A DNA stretch of 64,000 nt from Octopus sinensis (lineage: Eukaryota). The stretch is from positions 98,084,001 through 98,148,000 of the forward strand of contig NC_043002.1 in the NCBI RefSeq assembly GCF_006345805.1, read 5' to 3'. Position numbers and translations under genes: made by a program. Under the pieces are notes generated by a model. It saw only the letters and a list, made by a program, of their open reading frames with translations, ran no database searches and was not told where the DNA came from. Every line of letters begins with the position of its first letter. Position 1 is the first letter of the stretch. Positions 50,522 to 63,590 of the stretch are shown piece after piece.

Positions 50522-51699
50522 CATTATCGTTGCTGTTTTTGTTCTATTTATTATTATTACTGTAATTATTATTATCATTATTGTTAGTAGTAGTAGCAGT
50601 AATAAAGATGATGATCATCATCATCATGATCACTTTCACCACCACCGTCATCATCATAATCATTATGCTCCTAATCTTGGTTTGAGTTTTACTGTTTTTT
50701 TACGTTTCCCTCGACAGAAACTATTGTTAATCAGCGATGCATGAAGTAAAGCTAAATTCGTATTGCACAAGTCTCAGTTTCTGGCTGAGAACAGTGCATG
50801 TGTCTAATCTATCATTATACATGTATATATATATCTGTGTCTACTCACACACACAATCATAAACACACACATAGACATATACGCATGTGAGCAAGTAGAT
50901 AAAAATATATACACACATTTCAAAGAGAAAACAAACTGGTTGGCGCTTGTGACGTAAGAACTTTTGGAAAATGACTTACGCAATGGCTAGTTTGTTTATA
51001 GACATTAAACCGAATAGTTACAACGTATAGCATACCGCATACACACCTGACTATCTTACTATAGAGAAACAAACATACTCACACGCATATATATACGTGT
51101 GAACATATATATATATACATATATATACGAGTATGTTTGAGCTTGTGTGTGTATAGACACGTCTGTATAACTATAAATACACATGTATCCAAACAGTATG
51201 TGTGTATAAGTACACACACACACACACGCACACACACATATATATATAGACGTATATGCATATGTATGTATGTATATATATATATATACACATGCACATA
51301 TATATACACACATTCACATACATATTCATACATACACATAAAACACATACGCACACAAACATACACTGATTCATGTATACACATGCACATATATACACAT
51401 ATATAAGAATAAAAGGTTTCTTTATATTATAACTGGAAAGAAGAAAATGTCTACTCTTTGAAGCGTAACTGGAGTTAATTATATGGCGGTGTAGTTGGGG
51501 CTGGAACATTAATAGATGCTATTTCAGAAACAAATCCCCAAACCAAGTTTTCGGTAGCGTTATAAACATAATCATAATTTCTAAATCTAGCACAAGATCG
51601 CACATTTTAAGAGGAGTCTCCTCAATTAAATAACACCAGTGTTTAGCTTGAAAGTGAGAGGCGTGTTAAAGGGACCTAGCTAAGTATTGGATTCACATT

Positions 51700-51900
51700 T
51701 TGGCAGAAGCCCAGCAATTTTCAAGAGGGCGGGTAGGTCGATTACACCGATCCCAGTGTTCAACTGCTACTTATTTTATCGACCCCGAAAGGATGAAAGG
51801 CAAAGTCGACCTCCGAGGAATTTGAACTCAGAAAGTAAGTCAGGATGAAATGCCGCTAAGCATTTTTTACCAGTGTGCTAACGATTCTGCCAGCTCGCCC
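51700..51900 (-). mobile_element. SINE family B
   Basis: Reverse complement of family B (further copies at ~52180-52310 and ~52330-52620). Confidence 0.8.
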
Positions 51901-52619
51901 GCTTTATACATAGCTAAATATTGATTTCTTGGGCTAGCAATTTCATTAAGTCGATTGCATTAACCCTAGCGCTCAACTGGTGACCTCGGCGCTCAACTGG
52001 CTGACCTCGGCGGTACATAGCTAAATATTAAAGGTGCAATGTCTGTCGTTCTATCGTCTCCGTAATCCACCGCATGACGTCGCTCAACCAGCTCTGTGAA
52101 GCACTGCAATATATAATGTCCCTCGTTCTACTGACGGTATCGATTTAGGGTAAGAAGATAGTTTGACTTCATCGAACTCTGTACTTTATCTACCACCAAA
52201 GGATAAATGACAAAGTCAACCTTGGCCGCATTTGAACTTAGAACATAAAGTGTCGGTAGAAAACCCTCTAAGCATTTTGTGTGGCGCCCGAACTATTCTG
52301 CTACCCCGCTGCATTCCTGCGCTTGGTAATATTGGTTTCAAAATTTGGCACAAGGCCAGTAATTTCGAGGACGGGAACTAGTCTATTCCATTGATCACAG
52401 TTGGTAATTATTGTAGACACCCCGAAAGGATGAATAGTAAAATCAACCTAAGCCGAATTTGAACTCGGAACATAAAGACAGAACGTAAAGATGCAATGTA
52501 GAGACGGAATATAAAGACCCAGAACTTAAAGACGGAACGTAAAGATAGAAGAAACATAAAGACAGAAGAAGGAATTTTGTCCGGCGTGCTAACGATTCTG
52601 ATTGTTCGCCACCTTTGCA

Positions 52620-52783
52620 CATGTATGTATGTATGTATGTATGTATGTATGTATGTATGTATGTATGTATGTATGTATGTATGCATGTATGTATGTATGC
52701 ATGTATGTATGTATGTATGTATGCATGCATGCATGTATGTATGTATGTATGTATGCATGCATGCATGTATGCATGTATGTATG

Positions 52784-52815
<32 letters not shown>

Positions 52816-53030
52816 CATGCATTATGTGTGCATGTATATATGCATGCATGCATGTATGTGTGCATGCATGTATGTATGTATGTATGTATGTATGTATGCA
52901 TGCATGTATGTATGTATGTATGCATGCACGCATGCATGTATGTATGCATGCATGCATGTATGTATGTATGTATGTATGTATGTATGTATGTATGTATGTA
53001 TGTATGTATTTATGCATGTATGTATGTGTA
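52620..53030. repeat. (ATGT/ATGC)n tetranucleotide microsatellite
   Basis: Direct reading of the sequence. Confidence 0.95.
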
Positions 53031-54736
53031 TTTATCCGTGACTCATGTTTATTTCCTTATTCATTTTCTTTACTTCTCCCTTCTGAAGAATATACTAAGG
53101 TTGAAAGCTCAAAGATACTTATATTTTATTAACCTCCCATTTAGCGCCAGACTAATTATACCTTTATTTTTCTTGGTCTTTGTTGCCATTCAAGTCGTTC
53201 ATTTTGAATCACTAACAAATCCAGACACACACAATCATACTCGAGCGTGGCATATTTATGTGATGATATCTATAGAACAAATACCTCTATAACGTTCTGG
53301 ATAGATTGAGTGAAAACATGTTACAAATAATGAGTGAGGTGATACTTTACCCAAGTCATTCAGGATTTTGCAAAGGCATCGCATCTATTTGTGTAATACG
53401 GTAGTCATTTTATAGAACAGTGCCAAAACAGAGGTACTGCCTTCGAATCGTATTGAAACTTTATAGGTTTAATGTTTCATCGCTATACTCGTTATATTTT
53501 CGTACCATTCGCTTTGTAAATACAAATCCGACCACTGATTCTAGGTTCGTCAACAATTCCTTTGTCAAACGTAGCGCAGTAGATTGGAAATATCTGAAGA
53601 ACGAAGAGCAGAACGTTTAGATATAGTAATTATCTCTCTTTACATTCAATGTTCAATTACGTTTGCAGTCGACTTTACATTTCAGTATTTCTAGGTTTAT
53701 ACAAAACAAAGCAAAAGAGCGTACCCACTTTATTTTGGAAGCTTGCGATTTAATTATTTGTGCCCTTCGTTATATATATATATATCTCTCTTTGCCGGCA
53801 AGAGAAACCGATTTAATTTATATATTAGACCATAAGTAACACTAATTTAGCAATTGACTTCCACCCTGATGTTCCTCTGAGTAACAAATCTCAGTTATTT
53901 TCCTTTTGTTATATACTAATTTACTTAGCAACTCTATTATCACTACTTGGCCAAAGTGTATGTTTACCGAAGAGGCCTAATAAGGTTGAAACATGTCAGG
54001 AGTTCTCTCCATGCATGCCGAATAATTGAAATATTATTAATTCACTGGTTTAATATTATCATTTTCTCATCGTTAAGTATTTATCACTAAATGTTTAATA
54101 CTAACTGCGTTATATATGTTAACATTAAATTAACTACCATTTGATGATTTCAAAATCTGTGTAACGCCCCTATTGTATAATAATTGAACATTAGTATTAT
54201 ATGATATGGAAGATATTTCGCTAATTAATCATGTCTAATACAAATCAAAACACACACACACACAAACATACAGACGATGCCTGATATTATAAAAACGCTA
54301 ATGTGGCAGGTGTATTTCATTGAGAACATGTAGTATAGTTGACATTACACCAACTCCTTAACAACAAAAATAGGCTAGAGAGAACCAAGGCTTCAAGAGT
54401 TTATTCTCATTCTTATACTTTGTTTAATTTGTAAATATTTATAAATCTGCGAATAACTTGAAATAGCAGCTATGTGCAAAAGTCGGGAGAAAATTACTTT
54501 TTCGCTATCGCCTTCTTAAATCAAATTAAACATTTGAACAGCATTGCTTTTAATACAGAAATAGCTACACAGAGTATAGCAAATGGAACAAATATTTTAA
54601 ATTCAACAATATATCTTTATGTATATCTATTTCTTTGTTTCTTTCCTTCCTTTAATCTCTCTCATTCTCTCTCACTAACGTATATGTTTACATACACATA
54701 CATGCGTACGTACGCACACACAGTCACAGAGAGAGA

Positions 54737-54799
<63 letters not shown>

Positions 54800-55602
54800 G
54801 AGAAAAACAACGGCTGTGTTTTGTTACAAATAAACTTTTCTAAAAAGTGGTACAGGCGAACAAATAAATTTACAGCAATAAAGCGAAAGGACAGCTGCAC
54901 AAGTCAGATTCCCCACATCAGTTTTCAACTGGGAATAATTACAATTTCGGCACCTACATAATATTCTTTACACTGTAACTTAGAATTGTATAGACATAGC
55001 CGAAACTAAAACAAAAGCAGAAACAGAAAAATGAATACATGGAATCAGTAAAAGAAAAAAATAAAAGAAATGCAACGAAATGAGTATACAAAAGGTCTTT
55101 AGACGTGGAAATTTCAAGAGGAAACGAACAGAAAAATATCTGTACATGTAATCTTTTCTTCTTCCAGACACCGCGAACACATCAGTTGCCCCCGCCTGTT
55201 ACAGGTCCCGCGTGTCGTCATGAACCGATCAACAACAGGAAAGGCAATATATGACCTCAACAAAGAGGTTAACCGTCTGTTTGTTGTTCCAAGGAGTTCG
55301 AAACTTCGGCAAAATCCTTCTTCTTTAGAATCCAGATCTACCACCAAGATAGGAACTTCTGTCTAAGTGTAGACATTATATACTGATTTTATAGCCGACT
55401 AATAATAACGTAAGTTGAGATGATCCAAAGATGGCGTGGTCTGAAGAAATAGCATTTGAAATTTTTACCTCAAATTTAGCCCTTCTACTTTATAACGGGT
55501 AGGTAAACTTTAGGTAATGGAGTTCTTTATCGCTATACATGGAATAAATACCGACGGCTCACAAATGAAACGTTTTTCAGAAGTCTGCTAAATCATTGTT
55601 AG

Positions 55603-55684
55603 TTTTGGCTGAGGAGCTACAAGTGGATTTTTTTGTAAGTAATATTACATTTAATTCATTAATAGCGAAACAATTGTCCCAAAA
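55603..55684 (+). ncRNA. Type I hammerhead, canonical core, array copy 1
   Basis: TTTTGG-CTGAGGA-GCTA...TAGC-GAAA-CAATT-GTC^CCAAAA; palindromic stem III ACAATTGT. Confidence 0.9.
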
Positions 55685-56137
55685 TAATCTGTATTTTGTT
55701 ATTTTTTATTTGCCCTGTCCGTGTGAGCTAACAATCGTACCGACTTTCATGGGAAACATGTATATTTTTGTGGTTGAAACCTTTTGGATTAACTGGTGCT
55801 AGAGTGAGCCATATAGTGACCACTCTCTTATATTTATTTTGTAAAAATATTATAATATATTATAAAATATTATAATAATCCAGGTTTCTCGGAGCACTAG
55901 GCCACTTGGTGTAGAATAGATATACTATTAATTAGTATCTAATTCTCTCACCCTTATTAATTAATTATAATTATGCTGCATTTATTTCTAAATGCTGTAT
56001 TTGTTTTCCGTGAAAATTTGGCGCGCTGTTAGTTGGGGCATTTGAATTATAACGTCGGATGTAATCAATTGAACCACACGCGTATTTATCGTTATGGTAA
56101 AATTTGGCGTGTGATTGAGTGGATTTCATCCAGATAG

Positions 56138-56219
56138 TTTTGGCTGAGGAGCTACAAGTGGATTTTTTTGTAAGTAATATTACATTTAATTCATTAATAG
56201 CGAAACAATTGTCCCAAAA
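56138..56219 (+). ncRNA. Type I hammerhead, array copy 2
   Basis: As copy 1; stem I extends to CAGATAGTTTTGG/CCAAAATAATCTG. Confidence 0.9.
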
Positions 56220-56674
56220 TAATCTGTATTTTGTTATTTTTTATTTGCCCTGTCCGTGTGAGCTAACAATCGTACCGACTTTCATGGGAAACATGTATAG
56301 ATTTTTGTGGTTGAAACCTTTTGGATTAACTGGTGCTAGAGTGAGCCATATAGTGACCACTCTCTTATATTTATTTTGTAAAAATATTATAATATATTAT
56401 AAAATATTATAATAATCCAGGTTTCTCGGAGCACTAGGCCACTTGGTGTAGAATAGATATACTATTAAATTAGTATCTAATTCTCTCACCCTTATTAATT
56501 AATTATAATTATGCTGCATTTATTTCTAAATGCTGTATTTGTTTTCCGTGAAAATTTGGCGCGCTGTAGTTGGGGCATTTGAATTATAACGTCGGATGTA
56601 ATCAATTGAACCACACGCGTATTTATCGTTATGGTAAAATCTGGCGTGTGATTGAGTGGATTTCATCCAGATAG

Positions 56675-56756
56675 TTTTGGCTGAGGAGCTACAAGTGGAT
56701 TTTTTTGTAAGTAATATTACATTTAATTCATTAATAGCGAAACAATTGTCCCAAAA
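56675..56756 (+). ncRNA. Type I hammerhead, array copy 3
   Basis: As copy 2. Confidence 0.9.
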
Positions 56757-57212
56757 TAATCTGTATTTTGTTATTTTTTATTTGCCCTGTCCGTGTGAGC
56801 TAACAATCGTACCGACTTTCATGGGAAACATGTATAGATTTTTGTGGTTGAAACCTTTTGGATTAACTGGTGCTAGAGTGAGCCATATAGTGACCACTCT
56901 CTTATATTTATTTTGTAAAAATATTATAATATATTATAAAATATTATAATAATCCAGGTTTCTCGGAGCACTAGGCCACTTGGTGTAGAATAGATATACT
57001 ATTAAATTAGTATCTAATTCTCTCACCCTTATTAATTAATTATAATTATGCTGCATTTATTTCTAAATGCTGTATTTGTTTTCCGTGAAAATTTGGCGCG
57101 CTGTTAGTTGGGGCATTTGAATTATAACGTCGGATGTAATCAATTGAACCACACGCGTATTTATCGTTATGGTAAAATCTGGCGTGTGATTGAGTGGATT
57201 TCATCCAGATAG

Positions 57213-57294
57213 TTTTGGCTGAGGAGCTACAAGTGGATTTTTTTGTAAGTAATATTACATTTAATTCATTAATAGCGAAACAATTGTCCCAAAA
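57213..57294 (+). ncRNA. Type I hammerhead, array copy 4
   Basis: As copy 2. Confidence 0.9.
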
Positions 57295-57748
57295 TAATCT
57301 GTATTTTGTTATTTTTTATTTGCCCTGTCCGTGTGAGCTAACAATCGTACCGACTTTCATGGGAAACATGTATATTTTTGTGGTTGAAACCTTTTGGATT
57401 AACTGGTGCTAGAGTGAGCCATATAGTGACCACTCTCTTATATTTATTTTGTAAAAATATTATAATATATTATAAAATATTATAATAATCCAGGTTTCTC
57501 GGAGCACTAGGCCACTTGGTGTAGAATAGATATACTATTAAATTAGTATCTAATTCTCTCACCCTTATTAATTAATTATAATTATGCTGCATTTATTTCT
57601 AAATGCTGTATTTGTTTTCCGTGAAAATTTGGCGCGCTGTTAGTTGGGGCATTTGAATTATAACGTCGGATGTAATCAATTGAACCACACGCGTATTTAT
57701 CGTTATGGTAAAATCTGGCGTGTGATTGAGTGGATTTCATCCAGATAG

Positions 57749-57829
57749 TTTTGGCTGAGGAGCTACAAGTGGATTTTTTGTAAGTAATATTACATTTAAT
57801 TCATTAATAGCGAAACAATTGTCCCAAAA
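57749..57829 (+). ncRNA. Type I hammerhead, array copy 5
   Basis: As copy 2. Confidence 0.9.
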
Positions 57830-57996
57830 TAATCTGTATTTTGTTATTTTTTATTTGCCCTGTCCGTGTGAGCTAACAATCGTACCGACTTTCATGGGAA
57901 ACATGCATATTTTGTGGTTGAAACCTTTTGGATTAACTGGTGCTAGAGTGAGCCATATAGTGACCACTCTCTTATATTTATTTTATATATATATAT

Positions 57997-58051
<55 letters not shown>

Positions 58052-58055
58052 ATAT

Positions 58056-58340
58056 AACGGGAAGCTTTATGAAAATAGACAAAAGACGAAAGACGAAGGC
58101 AGGTGGAATACAAACAAACAATTGTATTAGTATGGCGCTCAGGAAATATAAATAAAACAAGTCTTTAACGTTTCGAGCCTACGCTCTTCAACAGAAAGAT
58201 ACACAGAGAAAAACACAGAAAGAAGGAGAGAAAAAAATGTGCGTACAGAAGCTAGCGAATCAACATGGCGATCTGATTTCGGCCAGAAGTCAAAGATCAA
58301 ACGTGAGACGCAGAGCGAAATTAGGGGAGATAATAGGGTT
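58056..58340 (-). mobile_element. Penelope pLTR-like terminus related to the 7050/23395 family
   Basis: Shares the GAGC/GCTC-GAAACGTTAAA motif and downstream CCTGAGC; 3' end abuts (TA)n; left (5') extent uncertain. Confidence 0.6.
58162..58199 (-). ncRNA. Minimal hammerhead motif (A6U variant)
   Basis: TCTTT-CTGTTGA-A-GAGC GTAG GCTC-GAAA-CGT-T^AAAGA; stem I differs compensatorily from the 7050 motif. Confidence 0.65.
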
Positions 58341-58496
58341 GAATGACCTCGCTCCAACATAAGAGTGTGTGTGTGTGTATGAGAAGAGTGTGTGTGTGTA
58401 TGAGAGAGTATTAGTGCGTATGAGAGGTCTGGACGTGTGTATGTGTATATGATGTGATGTGTAAAGTCGTATGGTGTAGTGTAGAGAGAGGAGATG

Positions 58497-58533
<37 letters not shown>

Positions 58534-58597
58534 ATATATATATAAATAAATATATATATACACATATATTTATAAATATATATGTATATATATGTCA

Positions 58598-58629
<32 letters not shown>

Positions 58630-59334
58630 GTGTGTGTGTGTGTCTATGTATGTATGTATATGAAGTACTCGGAATTTTGGTGTAATTAAACAAATAGCTT
58701 AGCATTACATGACATTAGTATACATAACCACAATACAACAAGCTTCAATTTATTGATAACCATGTGTATCAGAACGTTGTCATATCACAGAGAATTAGAT
58801 GAACGAAAACTATATGTTATAAAACAAAATACTAAATCAGGGTGTGACTTAAAATTACACGAATATATTTAGTTACATCAGAATGAAAAGCGTTTTAACG
58901 ATCCCCGTAAACATGAAATGTAATACTGAAAACCTGGATACGAAATATCATGAGAAAAGAAAGGAAAAATAAAGTAACATGAGGATACGAAAAACCTTGA
59001 GGCTCTAAACTATCGGATACATAAGTTGTAAGAGGAACTCAAAGCTAAAATATAAGGTTAATTTGTTAAATGTAACAGTTGAATAAACTAGTTTTTAAGG
59101 AGAACCAAAGTCAACATTGAACAGCAAATGATGCTAACAGCAAAAATACTCCCTGGTGGCACATCTAAAATATGGTTATTGTAAAATGGTAAACAAAAAC
59201 AATATACAAATATATGAAGACAAAACTGTTTTTCCCCCCTTTATTTACTGAGTCTAGAAGAAAATACAGTGCCCATGATATCTGTGTGTCTTCCTCGGTC
59301 ATTGACCTTATTAGGGATCATGTACTGTTTAAAC

Positions 59335-60030
59335 CAGTGCTTCGTAACTGGGGTCCATATAAGATTTTGTTAAAATTTATGTGCTACAAATTGGTTATAC
59401 AATAAACAGAATATTTAAACAATTCTTTATTACTTTTTTAATAATATTTAATTATATTATAACCCGGTTTCATTCGGGTCTACTCGGGCCACATTTTAAA
59501 AATGAGGAATTAAAAAAAAAAAACGAAAATTTTATTAAACATTAAAAGGAAAATGGGGGCAAAAAGCACTCGTTTTTTTTTTTTCACAATGAAAAATCGT
59601 TTCCTAGTAACCGGAATTTCGCGATAAAATGTATGTTTATTAAGCACAACAGCCTGCAGGGCAAGCCGCTGGGCATTAAAAGCCAATTGCACAAAGCTAG
59701 AGGAGCTCTAGGCCCCCTTGAATCGATAAAAAAATAACTCGTTTTGCCATAGCAACCATATCTTTATAGCTTGAGAATTTTAAACATCGCGGGTCTCATC
59801 CTCACCACGCATTTAGTATCCCTGCCAATTTTCAGCTCGTTCCTAGCCTCGGTTTGGCCGCCATTAACCGCCAAAGGAAAATGTGCATACAATTTTCGTC
59901 CAAGGACTGTTTTATAGGTATAGATAAGTATATATTAGGATTTTTTTAAACATTGAATTGCTATGAGGGTCCACTCGAGTAAAATAAAAACCGAAGGAGT
60001 CTATAGGCAAAAAATGGTTGACACCCACTG
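59335..60030. mobile_element. Non-autonomous hAT-type element
   Basis: CAGTG...CACTG ends with an 8-bp TSD GTTTAAAC/GTTTAAAG (7 of 8 match). Confidence 0.7.
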
Positions 60031-60829
60031 GTTTAAAGTATTACAGGTCAGTACCTGCAGGAAAGATATGCAGAAGACGTTTTCTGAGAGATGGTGTTCT
60101 TGGGTTGAAGAACTGGAGAGATGTGGTTAGTGCAAGCTCAAGGTGGAGTTGAACGCAACCAAGGAGACGAGAGGTGGAAAGACGAGTGGATTGGATTATA
60201 TGAGTACAGAAGATACGAGACTTGACTGCTCCAAGAAACAGAGACTATTAAAGTAGCAACAGAAAATATAGACAAAGGAGGCAGACTGCCTGTGGAGCCG
60301 ACTGCAGTGTGGTTGTGAATCATGAAGGCCTCTATGTGGTCGATCAACCTACTAGATAGAAATAGCAACGAAATTTCATGAGTGAATATATTGTAGTATT
60401 AATAATGGAAGGTTTTTTTTATGGCCTAAATATTAAAACATCATGTATTGGTTTTGGATGAAATGCCTTTGACCGGATGTCTACTAAATCAGAGCTTATC
60501 AGGGGATAAACAACAAATGAACCAGCCGACGAAGAAACTTACACATGAACGCTCAGCCTGCTAAAACTAGCAGCCAAAATTCCCTCAAGCTACGTTCTAC
60601 AGTCTTAGAACGCTGACTTTGGAGAAAATAGTCTGGAGTGCACTACTATATGGTCTGCTACCATCTCCGGCCAACAGCCAAAGACTATTTACGATCAGAA
60701 ATAGCGCCGAACATTTTTTTAACTTTGAATTCCTGATTCACAATGAAGTCTGATTTTTCCACTCATTTACATATATCTTTGCATTATCTATATGCTATGT
60801 TATTTCTTTTCTACCTCTAACTAACATGA

Positions 60830-61010
60830 AGTCGGCGAGATGGCAGAAACGTTAGAGCATCGGACAAAATCCTTAGTGCCATTTCTTCCGGCGCTTTAAG
60901 ATCTGATTTCAAATCACGCCAAGGTGAACTTTGCCTTTCATCACTTTGGGTCGATAGAATGAAAATCGGACAAGTTCTGGGTTCGGGGTAATTGACTTAC
61001 CCCTCCTTTC
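60830..61010 (+). mobile_element. SINE family B, degraded
   Basis: GGCGAGATGGCAGAAACGTTAG head and TTGCCTTTCATC core. Confidence 0.7.
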
Positions 61011-61394
61011 AGAACTTGCTACCCTGAATCCTGCAACAGACCGGGTAATTATCCTTATAAGTCCTAGGGCTCAAGAAGATTCCTTTAAAAAGAAAAAAGT
61101 TTCCTTACTGTAGAAATACTCACTTTTTTCAAATCTTGAAGGAATTGAGAAAATTAATTCTTTATTGTTCAATATAAATGAGTGTTTAAACCTGGTAAAC
61201 GTTTAGTATTTTCTATAGTTTTTATGAAATGGAATATTTTTTCTCCCGTTACCTGTATAAATCTTCAGTCTGAATAATAATGTTATGGTATGAAACAAGT
61301 TAATGCCAAAGTGGTATCAAAAAGTTCCCGAAAGAGTTATGTTTGATAAAAACAACTTATTTATATAGTCACCTTGCGCAGCAATACACCGGTC

Positions 61395-61570
61395 CCAGCG
61401 TTCCTGCCACTTTGGGAATCGCTTTCCGTAAGTGAGTCGAGGACCGATAGAATAAGTACTAGGCATACCAATGATAAGTCCTGGGGTGCATTTCTTTGAC
61501 TACAAAATCTTTTAAGATGGTGCACCAGCATGGCCGCAGTCAAATGATTGAAACAAGTAAAAGGATAACA
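61395..61570 (-). mobile_element. SINE family A, 3' portion
   Basis: GGTGCACCAGCATGGCCGCAGTCAAATGATTGAAACAAGTAAAAG tail is read directly on +; orientation is therefore + for the tail itself, and the fragment boundaries are approximate. Confidence 0.5.
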
Positions 61571-61607
<37 letters not shown>

Positions 61608-61654
61608 TACAAATATATATAGGCAGGAGTCGCTGTGTGGTAAGTAGCTCGCTA

Positions 61655-63590
61655 ATTTCAGTACAGAGTGGACGCGTTCTCTTTTTCGCGGTGTAAGTCA
61701 CGTTGTTGTGTGTCAGCGTCTTGAAATAGTGAAGCACGACTACTAGGTAAGACATCTGGTATTTTGAGACCTAGTGGGAATCTGTTGCTCGTATTATTTA
61801 TTTTTTGTCAATCAAGGGGTCTCCACTGGGTTCCATGCATTTGTCTGCCAGTGGTCGTGCTTAAAGTCTCACTTAGTTGTGAGAAGTGTATTGTGTTATT
61901 TTAACTACTTTTTTTTTACTGGTATTGCTGATTGTTTTTGTGCCCGTGGATTACCATTTTTGGGGCAGGAGTACCGGGACGGCCAGGAAAATTACTGTTT
62001 TTTTTTTTGTGTCGCACTTAATTGTGAGAAACCAAAATCGAAATTTTGTGCTGCGACGGAACACTGTGGATTACCTGAGTAGCAGAACTGTGTTGCCATT
62101 TGAAGTGTTTTCCTTCGTTCTGTTTCTCTCCTCTGTCTTTCCATTCTTTTTTTGTGTTTACCATTGACTTTAATTTGAATTTTTGAACTTTTGTGTTGAA
62201 CATTTTACATCTCATCTATTTTTCGTCAATATGGCAACAAAAAATACAGTTTGGGAGTGGCAAATAGTGGCCCCCAAACGGTGGTTGCAAATTTTTTTCT
62301 GAGAGAACGGTGGTGTCAAGAAGCTATTTTAAGGTTCTTGACACCATCACTGTGTTCTCACAGGCAGACACTGAAAAAGAGTTGGCGGAGCACCTGCCAG
62401 CGATCAAGTTTATCCAAAGTTAAATACGCGACAATGTGTGTGTGTTGTTTGACACCCCTGAGGAGGCTCGGGATTTCGCGAGCAAACCATTACAAGAGGA
62501 GAAAATTTTGTTTCTTCCCACTTATGAAGGGAGGAGACTGACAAGAGCTTGGGTGTGTGGACTGCCACCCGGTATAGAGCCCGAATGGATAGATGACACT
62601 ATCCGTCGAGGTTTGGGTGGCAGCACTGCCATGCTCTTGAATGTCAGTATTCTCCCTGCGGCTGATTGGGTGGGGTCAAAGACAATTTTGACCCTATGGA
62701 CCCAGTCAGCCGATGATCTGGTTTTGCCAGATTTTCTAACAATGGCCGGTTCCAGGTACTCGGTGATCCTTGAGGGACGCCCCCCCCCCCAGTGTCACCT
62801 GTGCCTGGAATTGGGCCACATAAAGAAAAACTGCTACCGGAACCGAGCAAAGGTCCTGGAACAGTTAATAGAAGAGCCCCATGCTCCCCCATTGAGGGGA
62901 GGGGAAGAGGGAGGAAGTCGAGGGGGAGGCAATCCCATCGAAAAAGAAAGGGAGAAAAAAAAAGAAGGTGGGCAACAATGGTTGCCCACCAAAGGATCCT
63001 GAAGCGGTGGGAGGAATGGAAGGACTTCCAGACAAGACGGAGGAACTCCATCATCCCGTCGTGAAGGAAAAGAAGAAACGTAAAGAGAAGAAGAACGAAA
63101 CATTGCCGGCGGTTGATGGTGAACTGCTGGCACGCCCGGAAACTTTGTCGGTGAGATGTGTGCCACCAACTGAGGAAACAGCAGCCCCTCCCAGAAGGAG
63201 GAAAAATGATTTTTTTTTCATTTTCTTCCTGAAGGGAGGGACAGTACAGAGCTTCGTAGAGAAGCTGGATGACCGGAGAGAGGAGCCCATGCCCTGGACA
63301 GAGGACGAGGATTGGCCTTCGCAGGTGACTACGAAGGTCATATCGAATGTCGGTATGTTCAGGCCGATGGGCGCCTTCTCGAAGGACATGTTCAGATTTG
63401 CATTCTGGGGCTCCGACCTGGATCTGGAGGAGTGCCTAAGGGTAACGTACAGCCTGGTCAGAGAGGAGGATGATTGAGTTTTGTGAACTATCTTATTATT
63501 TGTAATGGACTATGAAGTCCAAAAACTTGAAAAAATAGTAAAAACCGTAAGAGGTTTAATACCTCGTTTTCTGTTTGTTTTTAAAGAACA
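61655..63590 (+). mobile_element. Tx1/L1-like element retaining 5' UTR and ORF1 only, nested between the head (61621-61654) and 3' half (63594-63800) of a SINE A
   Basis: Frameshifted gag-like ORF; no APE or RT sequence visible downstream. Confidence 0.6.
62436..63002 (+). pseudogene. ORF1/gag-like nucleic-acid-binding protein fragment with CCHC zinc knuckle
   Basis: CHLCLELGHIKKNC (CX2CX4HX4C) preceded by V.GLPP.I..EWI and VILEGRPP; continues through frameshifts from ~62231 to ~63477. Confidence 0.75.

Larger units (their letters stand above)
55600..57984 (+). mobile_element. Tandem array of ~537-nt non-coding units, each with a hammerhead (4.4 copies): retrozyme/Penelope pLTR multimer
   Basis: Near-identical units; predicted cleavage sites after 55678, 56213, 56750, 57288 and 57823; ends at (TA)n. 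Confidence 0.92.

Noticed and set aside
55438-55480. CTGAAGA...GAAA near the start of the array
   Set aside because: Stems II and III are too weak; expected by chance in AT-rich DNA
55600-57984. Repeated 68-103-aa ORFs in the 537-nt array, or a CRISPR-like reading of the array
   Set aside because: GTG/TTG starts, length changes with 2-bp indels between units, no homology recognised; units are uniform with no unique spacers, so not CRISPR
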